From assembly GCA_021801795.1 (NCBI GenBank), contig JAJYXR010000026.1, positions 5,051 to 69,050 of the forward strand: a DNA stretch of 64,000 nucleotides. The letters are read 5' to 3'. Under the pieces are notes generated by a model. The model had not been told where the DNA came from and made no database searches. It was given only the letters and a program-made list of their open reading frames with translations. The position numbers and the translations under genes were made by a program. Below, piece after piece: positions 1 through 8,525 of this stretch. Every line of letters starts with the position of its first letter. The stretch's first letter is position 1. The stretch comes from Actinomycetes bacterium (GTDB lineage Bacteria > Actinomycetota > Acidimicrobiia > Acidimicrobiales > JAJYXR01).

Positions 1-266
1 GGTCGGGAGCGATGACCGGACCCCTGGTGGAGACCTACGAGGCGATGCCGTCTCCGAAGGTGGTGGTGGCCGCGGGAACCGACGCCCTGAGCGGGGGAAT
101 GCACGCGGGTAGCTACGCGACCACCGGGGGGGTTACGGCCAGCCTCCCAGTAGATGTGCTGGTGCCTGGCTCACCCCCGAGCCCGTTCAGCCTGCTTCAC
201 GGCATCCTGCTGGCAGTCGGCATCGTCGCCGACCGATCTGGTGGTGGGAAACAGCATGAGGGCTGA
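1..266 (+). CDS. NuoB/HycG-like small-subunit paralogue, C-terminal fragment (5' end outside window)
   Basis: The reading frame is open from the window edge. The fragment ...MPSPKVVVAAGTDALSGG...PVDVLVPGSPPSP aligns with the conserved NuoB/HycG C-terminus (MPePK..ia.GxCAxxGG ... PVDvyvPGCPP). Its paralogue at 29929-30402 keeps GDCA and PGCPP, whereas here the cysteines read D and S. The stop overlaps the ATG of the next gene. Confidence 0.6.
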   Translation, partial: SGAMTGPLVETYEAMPSPKVVVAAGTDALSGGMHAGSYATTGGVTASLPVDVLVPGSPPSPFSLLHGILLAVGIVADRSGGGKQHEG

Positions 267-2379
267 TCTGCTCATAGCGGCGCTCTGCTCATTCGCCTTC
301 GGTGGCATCTCGGACCTGGTGTTCGGAGCCGCGAGGCGCTCTACGGCCACGGTGCCCTATGTCGCGTCCATGGCCGGCAGCGCCTGCCTGCTCGCTCTGG
401 GCATCGACGCCTTCAGGTCGAGGCCGACGACCTTCGACCTCGGCAGCCTTCTCGGGGTGGGAACCACCTCGATGAGGGTGGGCCACCTGGCCGCTATATT
501 CCTCACCCTGCTCTTCGCTATAGGGGTGGCGACATCGGCCTGCAATGTCTCCTGGTCCCGCAGGACGGCTCGGGTCGCGTCACGGGGCCTCGGAGCCGGG
601 TACTGCCTCCTTCTCGCATCGGTCGCTACGGTGATCGTCGCAGGCGACGCCTTCAGCTTCCTCTTCGCCTGGGAGTCACTCGCGCTCAGCTTCTTCGTGC
701 TGAGCTCCTCGGGAAGGCGGAGCGAGTCCCAGGCGACCGCGAGTTGGATGACCCTCGGCTTCGCCAAGCTCGGCGGTGCCTCCCTGCTCATTGGTTTCCT
801 CCTCCTCGCGGGCGCCAGTGGCCACTTCACCATCGCCCAGTGGCACTACGTGCGCTCGGCTGACATCCGCGACGTGGCCTGGGTGCTGGTGGTGATCGGC
901 TTCGGGACGAAGCTGGGGCTTGCCCCCTTCCAGGGATGGATGCCGCGTGGATACACCGCTGCGCCTCCCGCCGCGCGCGCGGCCATGGCCGGCATCGGGG
1001 CGAACGTCGGCGTGTACGGGTTGTGGCGTTTCCTCTCGGTCCTCGGATCTCCTCCGGTGTGGCTGGCGGTGTCCGTGATGCTTGCCGGTGGGATCACCGC
1101 CCTGGTGGGTATCGCCTTCGCAGGCGTGCAGCCTCGGCTGTCCGGCGTCATCGCCTACTCGAGCGTGGAGAACGGGGGGATCATCATCGCGGCCTACGGG
1201 ATAGCTCTCGGAGGTGCCGCGGCTCACTCGCCGGAGCTGGAGGCCGTGGGGTTGCTGGCGGCCAGCCTCCATGTGGTCGCCCATGCGCTCGCGAAGTCCA
1301 CCCTGTTCAGCTCCGCGCAGGGCATAGAGGAAGCGGCCGGCAGCGACGAGCTGGACGAGCTCTCGGGAGCGGGCAGGGCGTTGCCGCTCACCGGCGCCGC
1401 CTTCAGCGCCGGTGCGCTCGCGCTGGCAGGGCTGCCGCCGACGGTGGGCTTCGTGTCCGAATGGTTCATCTTCGAGGCCCTGATGCAGCAGTTCAGGCTC
1501 CAGGGCCTCGCACTGCGCCTCGGCATGGCCGGGGCCGGTGCCCTGATAGCCCTTACCTCGGGTCTGGCTGCACTCACCTTCGTGCGCCTCCTCGGGCTGA
1601 CCATCCTCTCGAAGCGATCACCGAAGCTCGCCGGGGCGAGCGTCCGGCGTTCAGGCCTGGCCGGAAGGGCCGGCCTCAGCGCTCTCGGCCTATCCTGCCT
1701 GGCGGTGGCCGCCGTCACGCCCTTGGAGATTCGCCTGCTGGCAGACGGGCTGTCCGGGCTCGTTCCCGCCTCGATCACACGCCGGGCGCTTGCTTCTGCC
1801 TGGGTCCTCCAGCCCGTCTACTCCCACTTCTCCATCCTCTCGCCCTCCTGGCTCTGGGTCGCCATGCCGCTGGCCTTCTCAGTGGTCCTCGTCATGGCCA
1901 CCCTGGCCTCCAGTGGTCGCTACCTGAGACCGAGACGTGTGCGAGCCTGGCGCTCTGCAGGACCAGGTGTGTCCGGACCGACTGCCTATGATCCCGACAC
2001 CTTCGCGAACCCGCTGCGCCACGTCCTCGCGAACGTGCTCGGGGCTCGCTACGAGGTGGTCATGATCGAACGATCCGACGCCGCCGAGCCGGCTCGGCAT
2101 CTGGGGGAGCCTGACGGTCTGGAGCGGTCCACGCTCCGGGAGGAGCCAGACGACCCAGCCCGTCTCGATGAGCGGCCGGGTGGCGGGAGCGCCCGCATCG
2201 AGTACCGGTCCTCGGTGGTGGAGCCGGTGGAGACCTACGTCTACAGGCCGGGGGTCCGAATCGGCCTGCTCGCCTCACGGGCGGTACGACGGCTCCAGTC
2301 TGGGCGTCTCGACGCCTACGTGGCCTACATGTTCGTCACCCTGCTCCTGCTGCTCGTGGTGGTGGCTACCGTGCACTGA
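256..2379 (+). CDS. HyfB/HycC/NuoL-like proton-conducting membrane subunit (Mrp antiporter-like)
   Basis: Polytopic membrane protein with the NuoL/HyfB signature region (FAWESLALSFFVL, GLAPFQGWMPRGY). The C-terminal part (RLDAYVAYMFVTLLLL) parallels the paralogue at 34984-36945. I chose the ATG at 256, which overlaps the upstream stop at 264-266, rather than the track start at 154. Confidence 0.85.
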   Translation: MRADLLIAALCSFAFGGISDLVFGAARRSTATVPYVASMAGSACLLALGIDAFRSRPTTFDLGSLLGVGTTSMRVGHLAAIFLTLLFAIGVATSACNVSWSRRTARVASRGLGAGYCLLLASVATVIVAGDAFSFLFAWESLALSFFVLSSSGRRSESQATASWMTLGFAKLGGASLLIGFLLLAGASGHFTIAQWHYVRSADIRDVAWVLVVIGFGTKLGLAPFQGWMPRGYTAAPPAARAAMAGIGANVGVYGLWRFLSVLGSPPVWLAVSVMLAGGITALVGIAFAGVQPRLSGVIAYSSVENGGIIIAAYGIALGGAAAHSPELEAVGLLAASLHVVAHALAKSTLFSSAQGIEEAAGSDELDELSGAGRALPLTGAAFSAGALALAGLPPTVGFVSEWFIFEALMQQFRLQGLALRLGMAGAGALIALTSGLAALTFVRLLGLTILSKRSPKLAGASVRRSGLAGRAGLSALGLSCLAVAAVTPLEIRLLADGLSGLVPASITRRALASAWVLQPVYSHFSILSPSWLWVAMPLAFSVVLVMATLASSGRYLRPRRVRAWRSAGPGVSGPTAYDPDTFANPLRHVLANVLGARYEVVMIERSDAAEPARHLGEPDGLERSTLREEPDDPARLDERPGGGSARIEYRSSVVEPVETYVYRPGVRIGLLASRAVRRLQSGRLDAYVAYMFVTLLLLLVVVATVH

Positions 2380-2395
2380 GCGGTGCCGTCGGGTC

Positions 2396-2860
2396 TCAGC
2401 GCTGCTCGGCGGAACAGGTGGCCTTCACCCGGCCGCCCGCGGGGTACATGCGGAGCAGGTGATTCCAGGCGCACCCGGGGCAGACCTCGACCACGTAGCA
2501 GGCCACTTCCTCGGTGCGCCTGCAGAGCCGTTCGAGCTCTCTCCGGGTAGCAGGGCAGCGCCCCTGGGCCGGTAGCCGCCGGCCGAAGACGTAGGTGACG
2601 TGTACGAGCTGTGCCTCCTCGCATATGGGGCAGCTCTCCCCGAGAGGCGTGCCTATGTTCCGGGCTGCCCGGAGTAGCTCGGGGTGGGCATCGCAGACGT
2701 CCAGGCGCGACAGGCGGCCCTTACGGTACTGGCTGACCACGGCGTTACGCGCGAGGCGGTACTCGACCCTGCCTTCCGTCCCCCTCGCTGGAAGCGCCTG
2801 GAGCGTCCGGGAATCCCCCTTCACATGCCCGACGCTAGTCGCTGGCAGGGGGCACGGCAC
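2396..2860 (-). CDS. DUF5318-like small Cys-rich protein, conserved neighbour of ino1 in actinobacteria
   Basis: The ORF begins 7 nt downstream of the ino1 stop on the same strand. It carries CPIC and CPGC pairs (zinc-ribbon-like). The family name comes from recalled synteny, not a search. The start (GTG at 2860 or an internal GTG about 12 codons in) is uncertain. Confidence 0.6.
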   Translation of the reverse strand: MPCPLPATSVGHVKGDSRTLQALPARGTEGRVEYRLARNAVVSQYRKGRLSRLDVCDAHPELLRAARNIGTPLGESCPICEEAQLVHVTYVFGRRLPAQGRCPATRRELERLCRRTEEVACYVVEVCPGCAWNHLLRMYPAGGRVKATCSAEQR

Positions 2861-2867
2861 GGCGATG

Positions 2868-3980
2868 TCAGTTCTCGGGCCAGGTGGGCCCCGGCTCTCC
2901 TGCCGCGAACTGCTCCACCAGCACCCGAGCCTCGTCGTCGTGGTACTGGACGGGGGGAGATTTCATGAAGTACGCGCAGGGCCCCACGAGAGGGCCGCCT
3001 ATCCCCCGGTCGAGCGCGAGCTTCGCGCAGCGAACAGCGTCGATGATGACCCCGGCAGAGTTAGGCGAGTCCCACACCTGGAGCTTCAGCTCCACCTCCA
3101 TGGGCACGTCACCGAAGTTCCGACCCTCCATGCGTATGTGGGCCCACTTCCGGTCCGCCAGCCATGGCACGTGATCGGACGGGCCGATGTGCACGTCATC
3201 CGCTGGCAGGATGGTGTTCTCGATCTGACTGGTGACCGCCTGGGTCTTCGAGATCTTCTTCGACTCCAGCCTCTGGCGCTCCAGCATGTTCATGAAGTCC
3301 ATGTTCCCGCCGAAGTTCAGCTGGTAGGTGTGATCGAGGGCGACCCCCCTGTCCTCGAAGAGCCTGGTCAGGACTCTGTGCACGATGGTTGATCCGACCT
3401 GGCTCTTTATGTCGTCACCCACTATGGGAATCCCCGCATCCCTGAAGCGGCGCGCCCAGGTGGGGTCCGATGCGATGAAGACCGGTATGGCATTCACGAA
3501 GGCCACCTCTGCCTCCAGGCAGGCCTCGGCGTAGTGGCGCTGGGCCTCCTCCGAGCCGACCGGGAGGTAGCTCACGAGAACGTCCGCCTTCGCCTCCACC
3601 AGGGCTCTGGCTATGTCAACCGGCTCCGCCGGCGACTCCTCGATCATCGTGCGGTAGTACTGCCCCAGACCGTCGAGGGTGGGGCCGCGCTGGACGGTGA
3701 CGTCCAGGTGACCTACCGGTGAGAACCGGATGGTGTTGTTCTGGCCGGCGAACACGGCCTTGGATAGGTCGACACCGACCTTCGTGGCGTCGACGTCGAA
3801 AGCAGCTACCGGCTCCACGTCGCCCACGTGGTAGCCGCCGAGGCTCACGTGCATTAGGCCTGGCACCTGGTCGGCTGGGTCCGCGTTCCGGTAGTACTCG
3901 ATCCCCTGGACGAGGGAGCTGGCGCAGTTGCCCACTCCGGCTATCGCCACGCGTACCTTCCTGCCTAGGTCTCTGCTCAT
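2868..3980 (-). CDS. ino1: myo-inositol-1-phosphate synthase
   Basis: 370 aa. The N-terminus [22 protein letters not shown] (NAD-binding) and overall similarity match actinobacterial Ino1. A GGAGGGA ribosome-binding site lies upstream. Confidence 0.95.
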   Translation of the reverse strand: MSRDLGRKVRVAIAGVGNCASSLVQGIEYYRNADPADQVPGLMHVSLGGYHVGDVEPVAAFDVDATKVGVDLSKAVFAGQNNTIRFSPVGHLDVTVQRGPTLDGLGQYYRTMIEESPAEPVDIARALVEAKADVLVSYLPVGSEEAQRHYAEACLEAEVAFVNAIPVFIASDPTWARRFRDAGIPIVGDDIKSQVGSTIVHRVLTRLFEDRGVALDHTYQLNFGGNMDFMNMLERQRLESKKISKTQAVTSQIENTILPADDVHIGPSDHVPWLADRKWAHIRMEGRNFGDVPMEVELKLQVWDSPNSAGVIIDAVRCAKLALDRGIGGPLVGPCAYFMKSPPVQYHDDEARVLVEQFAAGEPGPTWPEN

Positions 3981-4037
3981 GGGGTTTCTCCCTCCGTGAT
4001 TGTTCTCGGTCGTTCAGCTCTCATCGGGTGTCTGCGT

Positions 4038-4080
4038 CCTAACTGCTCCGCGCCTAACTGCTCCGCGCCTCACTGCTCTG
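4038..4080. repeat. 15-bp tandem repeat, about 2.7 copies (CCTAACTGCTCCGCG), spanning the padR stop codon
   Basis: Copies start at 4038, 4053 and 4068; the third is a variant, CCTCACTG. The padR stop (cta at 4054-4056 on the plus strand) lies in copy 2. Confidence 0.85.
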
Positions 4081-4752
4081 GCGGGGATGGGGCTGCTGGG
4101 ACGGCTGGTCGGCCGGTCCCGAGGAAGCCGCCGAGCGTTCGGCGTCGATCAGGTGGTCGAGCCAGGAGATGTCCTTCTCGGCCACCTCGGCAGTGTGCTC
4201 CACCAGGCTGAGCGCGTAGGAGTCGAGCAGATCGGCGGAGGCCGCGGAGCGCGCCTTGCTCAGCAGCTCTGCCATGTGGGCCCTACGGCGCTCGAGCAGG
4301 CGGATGCGCGACTGGGGTGGCAGGTGGCGGGCGAAGGCCAGCCGGAGACCGAAGAGCCTCGCGTCGTCCCCGGAGCCTCTGGCTTCTTCGTCGAGGAGCT
4401 TCACGAAGAGCCTCCGACCGTAGTCGGTGATCCTGTAGACCTTACGGGCGCGACGCTGCTTCGTGGTGGCGGAGATCCTGGAGCGCAGAGCAGCTCTCTC
4501 TCCGGAGAGCGAGCCGGTCATGGGAACGGGAATATGAGCTGGCGAGCCGGACGAGCCAGGGTCGGGCATCACCTCGAGCGCCCCGCTCTTCTCCAGGCGG
4601 TTCAGCGCCGGGTAGAGCGAGCCGTAGGAGACGTTCGAGAGTATGCCCAGCTCGTCGCGCAGCCGGCGGCGGATCTCGTAACCGTGCATGTCCCGCTCGG
4701 AGAGCAGGCCGAGTATGGCCAGCTCAAGCACAGCGGTATGCCTCAGGGGCAT
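4054..4752 (-). CDS. PadR family transcriptional regulator
   Basis: The N-terminal winged helix LELAILGLLSERDMHGYEIRRRL...SYGSLYPALNRLEKSG is the typical PadR signature. Its position next to ino1 matches M. tuberculosis Rv0047c. Confidence 0.9.
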   Translation of the reverse strand: MPLRHTAVLELAILGLLSERDMHGYEIRRRLRDELGILSNVSYGSLYPALNRLEKSGALEVMPDPGSSGSPAHIPVPMTGSLSGERAALRSRISATTKQRRARKVYRITDYGRRLFVKLLDEEARGSGDDARLFGLRLAFARHLPPQSRIRLLERRRAHMAELLSKARSAASADLLDSYALSLVEHTAEVAEKDISWLDHLIDAERSAASSGPADQPSQQPHPRQSSEARSS

Positions 4753-4800
4753 CGCCGGGCTCCCCCGGGCAGAGGCGGCTTCGGGTAAGGGTCGTGCCCA

Positions 4801-4830
4801 TGCCGGTGCCGGTGCCGGTGCCGGTGCCGC
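4801..4830. repeat. Hexanucleotide microsatellite (TGCCGG)x4 plus TGCCGC, upstream of padR
   Basis: Read directly at 4801-4830, in the padR-cca spacer about 50 bp upstream of the padR start. Confidence 0.9.
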
Positions 4831-4889
4831 CCATGCCTGTGCAGACTGTAGTCATTACCGATGTATCGTAGCGATATATCTAGCCGTAG

Positions 4890-6338
4890 TCAAGTCGAGC
4901 GGGAGGCCCACCAGGCGTCGAGGCGCCGGTAGGCCTCCTGCTCGCCGAGAGGTCCTTCGTCGAGCCTGAGATCGAGCAGGAACTCGAGCGCCTCGCCGAC
5001 GGCACGCCCGGGCCTGATCCCCAGGTGCTCCATGACCTGGTTGCCGTCGAGGTCGGGGCGGATGGCATCGAGCTCCTCCAGGCTCCTCAGCTCGGTGATA
5101 CGCGATTCGAGCTCGTCCATCCGCTCGGCGAGCTCACGGGCCTTCGCGGCGTTACGGGTGGTGCAGTCGCACCTGGTGAGCTCGTTCAGCCTCTCCAGGA
5201 GCGGACCAGCATCACGCACGTAGCGCCTCACCGCGCGGTCGCTCCAGCCGAGCCGGTAGGTGTGGAACCTCAGGTGGAGCTCGACGAGGGTGCTCACCAC
5301 CTCGATGTCCTCCCCGGAATAGTGCAGTGCCTTCATGCGGTCACGAGCCATCCGGCTGCCGACCACGTCGTGGTGATGGAAGCTCACGCCCTCTGGACCA
5401 TAGGAGCGAGTTCTGGGCTTTCCTATGTCATGGAGCAGGGCGGCGAGGCGCAGCAGCCTGTCGGGGCTGGCTTTGTCGACCACCGCAAGGGTGTGGGCGA
5501 GCACGTCCTTGTGCCGCTGGATGGGGTCCTGCTCCAGCTCGAGCGCGGGCAGCTCGGGCAGGAACTCGTCCGCGAGACCGGTTCTCACCAGGAACCACAG
5601 ACCCGGTGAGGGCTTGGGCACGACGAGCAGGCGATCGAGCTCGTCGCGTATGCGCTCGGGGGAGACTATTGCGAGCCTCTCGTGGAGGCTCTCCGCGGCC
5701 GCCACCAGCTCCGGCACCGGCTCGAAGCCGAAGCCCGCGATGAAGCGGGCGGCCCTCATCATCCTGAGGGGGTCGTCCGAGAAGGACTCCTCTGGGGTGA
5801 GCGGGGTCCGCAGGCGACCCGCGGCGAGGTCCTCCAGCCCTCCCCAGGGATCGATCAGCTCCATGCCGGGCATCCGGAGAGCCATCGCGTTCACCGTGAA
5901 GTCGCGCCTGGAGAGGTCCACCTCGATGGAGTCCCCGAAGAGAACCTCCGGCTTGCGGCTGTCTGACCTGTATGTCTCCACCCGGTGGGTGGTGATCTCG
6001 TAGCGCCTGGAGCGTCGCATGCAGCCGATGGTTCCGTAGAGCTTGCCCTGGAGCCAGACGGCGTCGGCCCATGGGGTCACTATCTCCTCGATGGCCTCCG
6101 GACGGGCATCGGTGGTCAGGTCGATGTCGGTCTGGTAGAGCTCCTGGCCGGCCTGAGCGGCACTCCTCGGCGGAGACGACGGACTCGACGAAGGCGAGGA
6201 AGGCGCGCCGGGGCTCTTAGCGAGTATGGCATCGCGAACCGAGCCACCGACGATGTAGAGGCTGTAGCCGGCCGCGGCGAAACGCCGCGCCAGCTCCTCG
6301 GTGGCCTCGGCTAGAGGCTTCACGCGCTCTGGGATCAT
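4890..6338 (-). CDS. cca: CCA tRNA nucleotidyltransferase / poly(A) polymerase family with HD domain
   Basis: YIVGGSVRDAIL nucleotidyltransferase motif, DFTVNAMA and RMMRAARF motifs, and a C-terminal HD region (LLHDIGKP). Synteny with M. tuberculosis pcnA (Rv3907c). Confidence 0.9.
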   Translation of the reverse strand: MIPERVKPLAEATEELARRFAAAGYSLYIVGGSVRDAILAKSPGAPSSPSSSPSSPPRSAAQAGQELYQTDIDLTTDARPEAIEEIVTPWADAVWLQGKLYGTIGCMRRSRRYEITTHRVETYRSDSRKPEVLFGDSIEVDLSRRDFTVNAMALRMPGMELIDPWGGLEDLAAGRLRTPLTPEESFSDDPLRMMRAARFIAGFGFEPVPELVAAAESLHERLAIVSPERIRDELDRLLVVPKPSPGLWFLVRTGLADEFLPELPALELEQDPIQRHKDVLAHTLAVVDKASPDRLLRLAALLHDIGKPRTRSYGPEGVSFHHHDVVGSRMARDRMKALHYSGEDIEVVSTLVELHLRFHTYRLGWSDRAVRRYVRDAGPLLERLNELTRCDCTTRNAAKARELAERMDELESRITELRSLEELDAIRPDLDGNQVMEHLGIRPGRAVGEALEFLLDLRLDEGPLGEQEAYRRLDAWWASRST

Positions 6339-6403
6339 CGGATCGAGGGTAGTGCGCTGGCGCGCGCCGCTGGCGACGACTCCGAGCGGGGCACCGGCCT
6401 CGG

Positions 6404-8518
6404 ATGCCAGGCACTACAATTCGGCGCCGCGTGTATACGTTCCCGCAGGGCGCTCTGCGCCGGGTTCGCGCCTGGATGTCATGCGTGGGCGCCGTCGCCA
6501 TATTCATGCTGCTGGCTGCCACGGGGCCTGCGGGCGCCTCCGGCGCGCCCGCCCGGAGCGCCGCGAGCCTGACTCTGCTCGGCCAGTCCACATGGGTGGC
6601 GCCTGGCCAGTCCTTCGATATGCACATCGGCGTAGTCGGTCCCGACCCGAGCAAGGTCTCGGTGGAGCTGACCCTCTACAGGCGCCTCAGGACCCAGTCG
6701 GCCTTTCGCGAGTCGCTTGGCACGGCGTCTGGCGAGGGGCCCGTCCTGGATCGTCTGGCCCCGGTGCCCCTGGCGTCGGTGCCTGCAGATCCACATGGTG
6801 GCTATGACCTCTTCGTGCCCATAGGCACCGGCGGTTCGCCGCCGGTGCCTCCCACCCCCTTCGGTGTGGTGCTGGCCTGCCAGATCTCGACCTGCGCCGG
6901 CGTCTACCCGGTGCGCGTCGCCCTCGTATCGGACAGCTCAGGGCTGCAGCTCGCGTCTATCGTCACGCAACTGGTCTTCGTCGAACCGCCTCCGGGTACC
7001 AGGCGCCTTCGCTTCGCCATCGTGGTCCCCATGTCACTGCCCTCCGGGGTAACCGATGCTGCCTCTGGGGCCTCGGTTCCTGCCGGGAGCTTCTCCTCGT
7101 TCAGCCGGGAGGCCACCAGCCTCTCGACTACCTCGCTCCCAGTCACCCTCCAGATCGAGCCTGCAGCCGTCGCGGCGCTGGAGGAGTCGAGCAGCCTGCC
7201 CGGTCGGCTGTCCTCGGCACGCTCCACGCTGTCGGCGCTGGCTGCAGCAGCGGGTGCTCCGTCGCACGAGAGCATCGCCTCTACCTACGTGCCGGTGGAC
7301 GCTGATGCCCTGGTGTCCGCAGGATTGGGTAGCTACCTGTCCACCCAGCTCTCACGCGCTGGCCACATCATGACCGGGGCCGGCATCCACACCCTGGGCG
7401 GGACATGGGTATCGGCTGGCACCCCCAGCGCGGCGTCCGTTTCCGAGCTGACCTCGCTGGGCATCCATCAGATGGTGCTGCCCGAGGACGCGCTGAGCGG
7501 CTCGGTGGGAACCCTCACCCCCACCCAGCCCTTCACGCTCAGCTCCGGCGGCGGCTCGGTCGTCCAGGCGGTAGTCAGCGACCCGGGGCTGGACACGGAG
7601 CTGGGCGACGCTGTCGGAACCAACGGCGTGCTGGCAGCCCACTGGCTGCTGGCCGACCTCGCGCTCATCTACTTCGAGCAGCCGAACCTCGACACCTTGA
7701 GAGGCGTGGTAGCAGTCGCTCCGACGAGCTGGGATCCCGGCAGAGGTTTCTTCTCTGCGTTTTTCTCGGGGCTGGCCACCAGTCCGGTGGTGGACCCCGT
7801 GACCGTGTCCAGCCTTCTCCAGAGCGTTCCCGCCGGTGTGGACGGCGAGGCCGCCGTGCGTCACCTGGCCCCGGTTCCTGGGTCAGCGTCGGCCCAGCTG
7901 CCCGCCGCGAGCATCCGAGCTGCCGGCGCTCGCCTCGACGCGTTCGAGAGCGCGGTGACGAACCCTGGGGTGATCGGGAACCTGACCGACTTCCTGCTGG
8001 CGACCCAATCGAGCCTGCTGAGCCCTCCCGAGCGCCCCAGGGCAGTGGGGACCTTCTACCGGGAGCTGGACATCCAGCTCCACCAGCTGGCACTCACCTC
8101 GGATAGGACGATTACCCTCACATCTACGACCGGCCGGGTGCCGGTGACCATACTGAGTGCCGCTCCCTACCCACTAAAGGTGATCCTCACGCTGAAGAGC
8201 GACGGCCTGGCGTTTCCTGACGGCTCCACGCGCACGCTGACCCTCGGCCGCAGCACCAACGCCGCATACCTGAACGTCCGGACGAAGACCCCCGGCGACT
8301 TCCCGGTCGAGATAAGCATCACCTCGCCCTCTGGAGGGCTCGTGTTCCTAGAAGGCCGGCTGACCATCCGGTCGCGCGCGGTGTCGCTGATGGGGATAGT
8401 GCTCTCGGTGGGTGCGATCCTGATCCTCCTCGCCTGGTGGTTCCGGACTGCCCGCTCTGGACACAGCAGGCTTCCCGCGCACGCCAGGCACCGGCAGGCC
8501 CGAGCAGGTACCCGATGA
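6404..8518 (+). CDS. Secreted, C-terminally membrane-anchored conserved protein (DUF6049-like, Rv3909 position)
   Basis: N-terminal signal-like segment (RRVRAWMSCVGAVAIFMLLAATGPAGASG), a long Ala/Ser/Thr/Leu/Val-rich extracytoplasmic body and one C-terminal TM helix (LMGIVLSVGAILILLAWWF). It lies immediately upstream of murJ, as in other actinobacteria. The family name is recalled, not searched. An alternative start is the ATG at 6476. Confidence 0.6.
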   Translation: MPGTTIRRRVYTFPQGALRRVRAWMSCVGAVAIFMLLAATGPAGASGAPARSAASLTLLGQSTWVAPGQSFDMHIGVVGPDPSKVSVELTLYRRLRTQSAFRESLGTASGEGPVLDRLAPVPLASVPADPHGGYDLFVPIGTGGSPPVPPTPFGVVLACQISTCAGVYPVRVALVSDSSGLQLASIVTQLVFVEPPPGTRRLRFAIVVPMSLPSGVTDAASGASVPAGSFSSFSREATSLSTTSLPVTLQIEPAAVAALEESSSLPGRLSSARSTLSALAAAAGAPSHESIASTYVPVDADALVSAGLGSYLSTQLSRAGHIMTGAGIHTLGGTWVSAGTPSAASVSELTSLGIHQMVLPEDALSGSVGTLTPTQPFTLSSGGGSVVQAVVSDPGLDTELGDAVGTNGVLAAHWLLADLALIYFEQPNLDTLRGVVAVAPTSWDPGRGFFSAFFSGLATSPVVDPVTVSSLLQSVPAGVDGEAAVRHLAPVPGSASAQLPAASIRAAGARLDAFESAVTNPGVIGNLTDFLLATQSSLLSPPERPRAVGTFYRELDIQLHQLALTSDRTITLTSTTGRVPVTILSAAPYPLKVILTLKSDGLAFPDGSTRTLTLGRSTNAAYLNVRTKTPGDFPVEISITSPSGGLVFLEGRLTIRSRAVSLMGIVLSVGAILILLAWWFRTARSGHSRLPAHARHRQARAGTR

Positions 8519-8525
8519 GCAGCCG

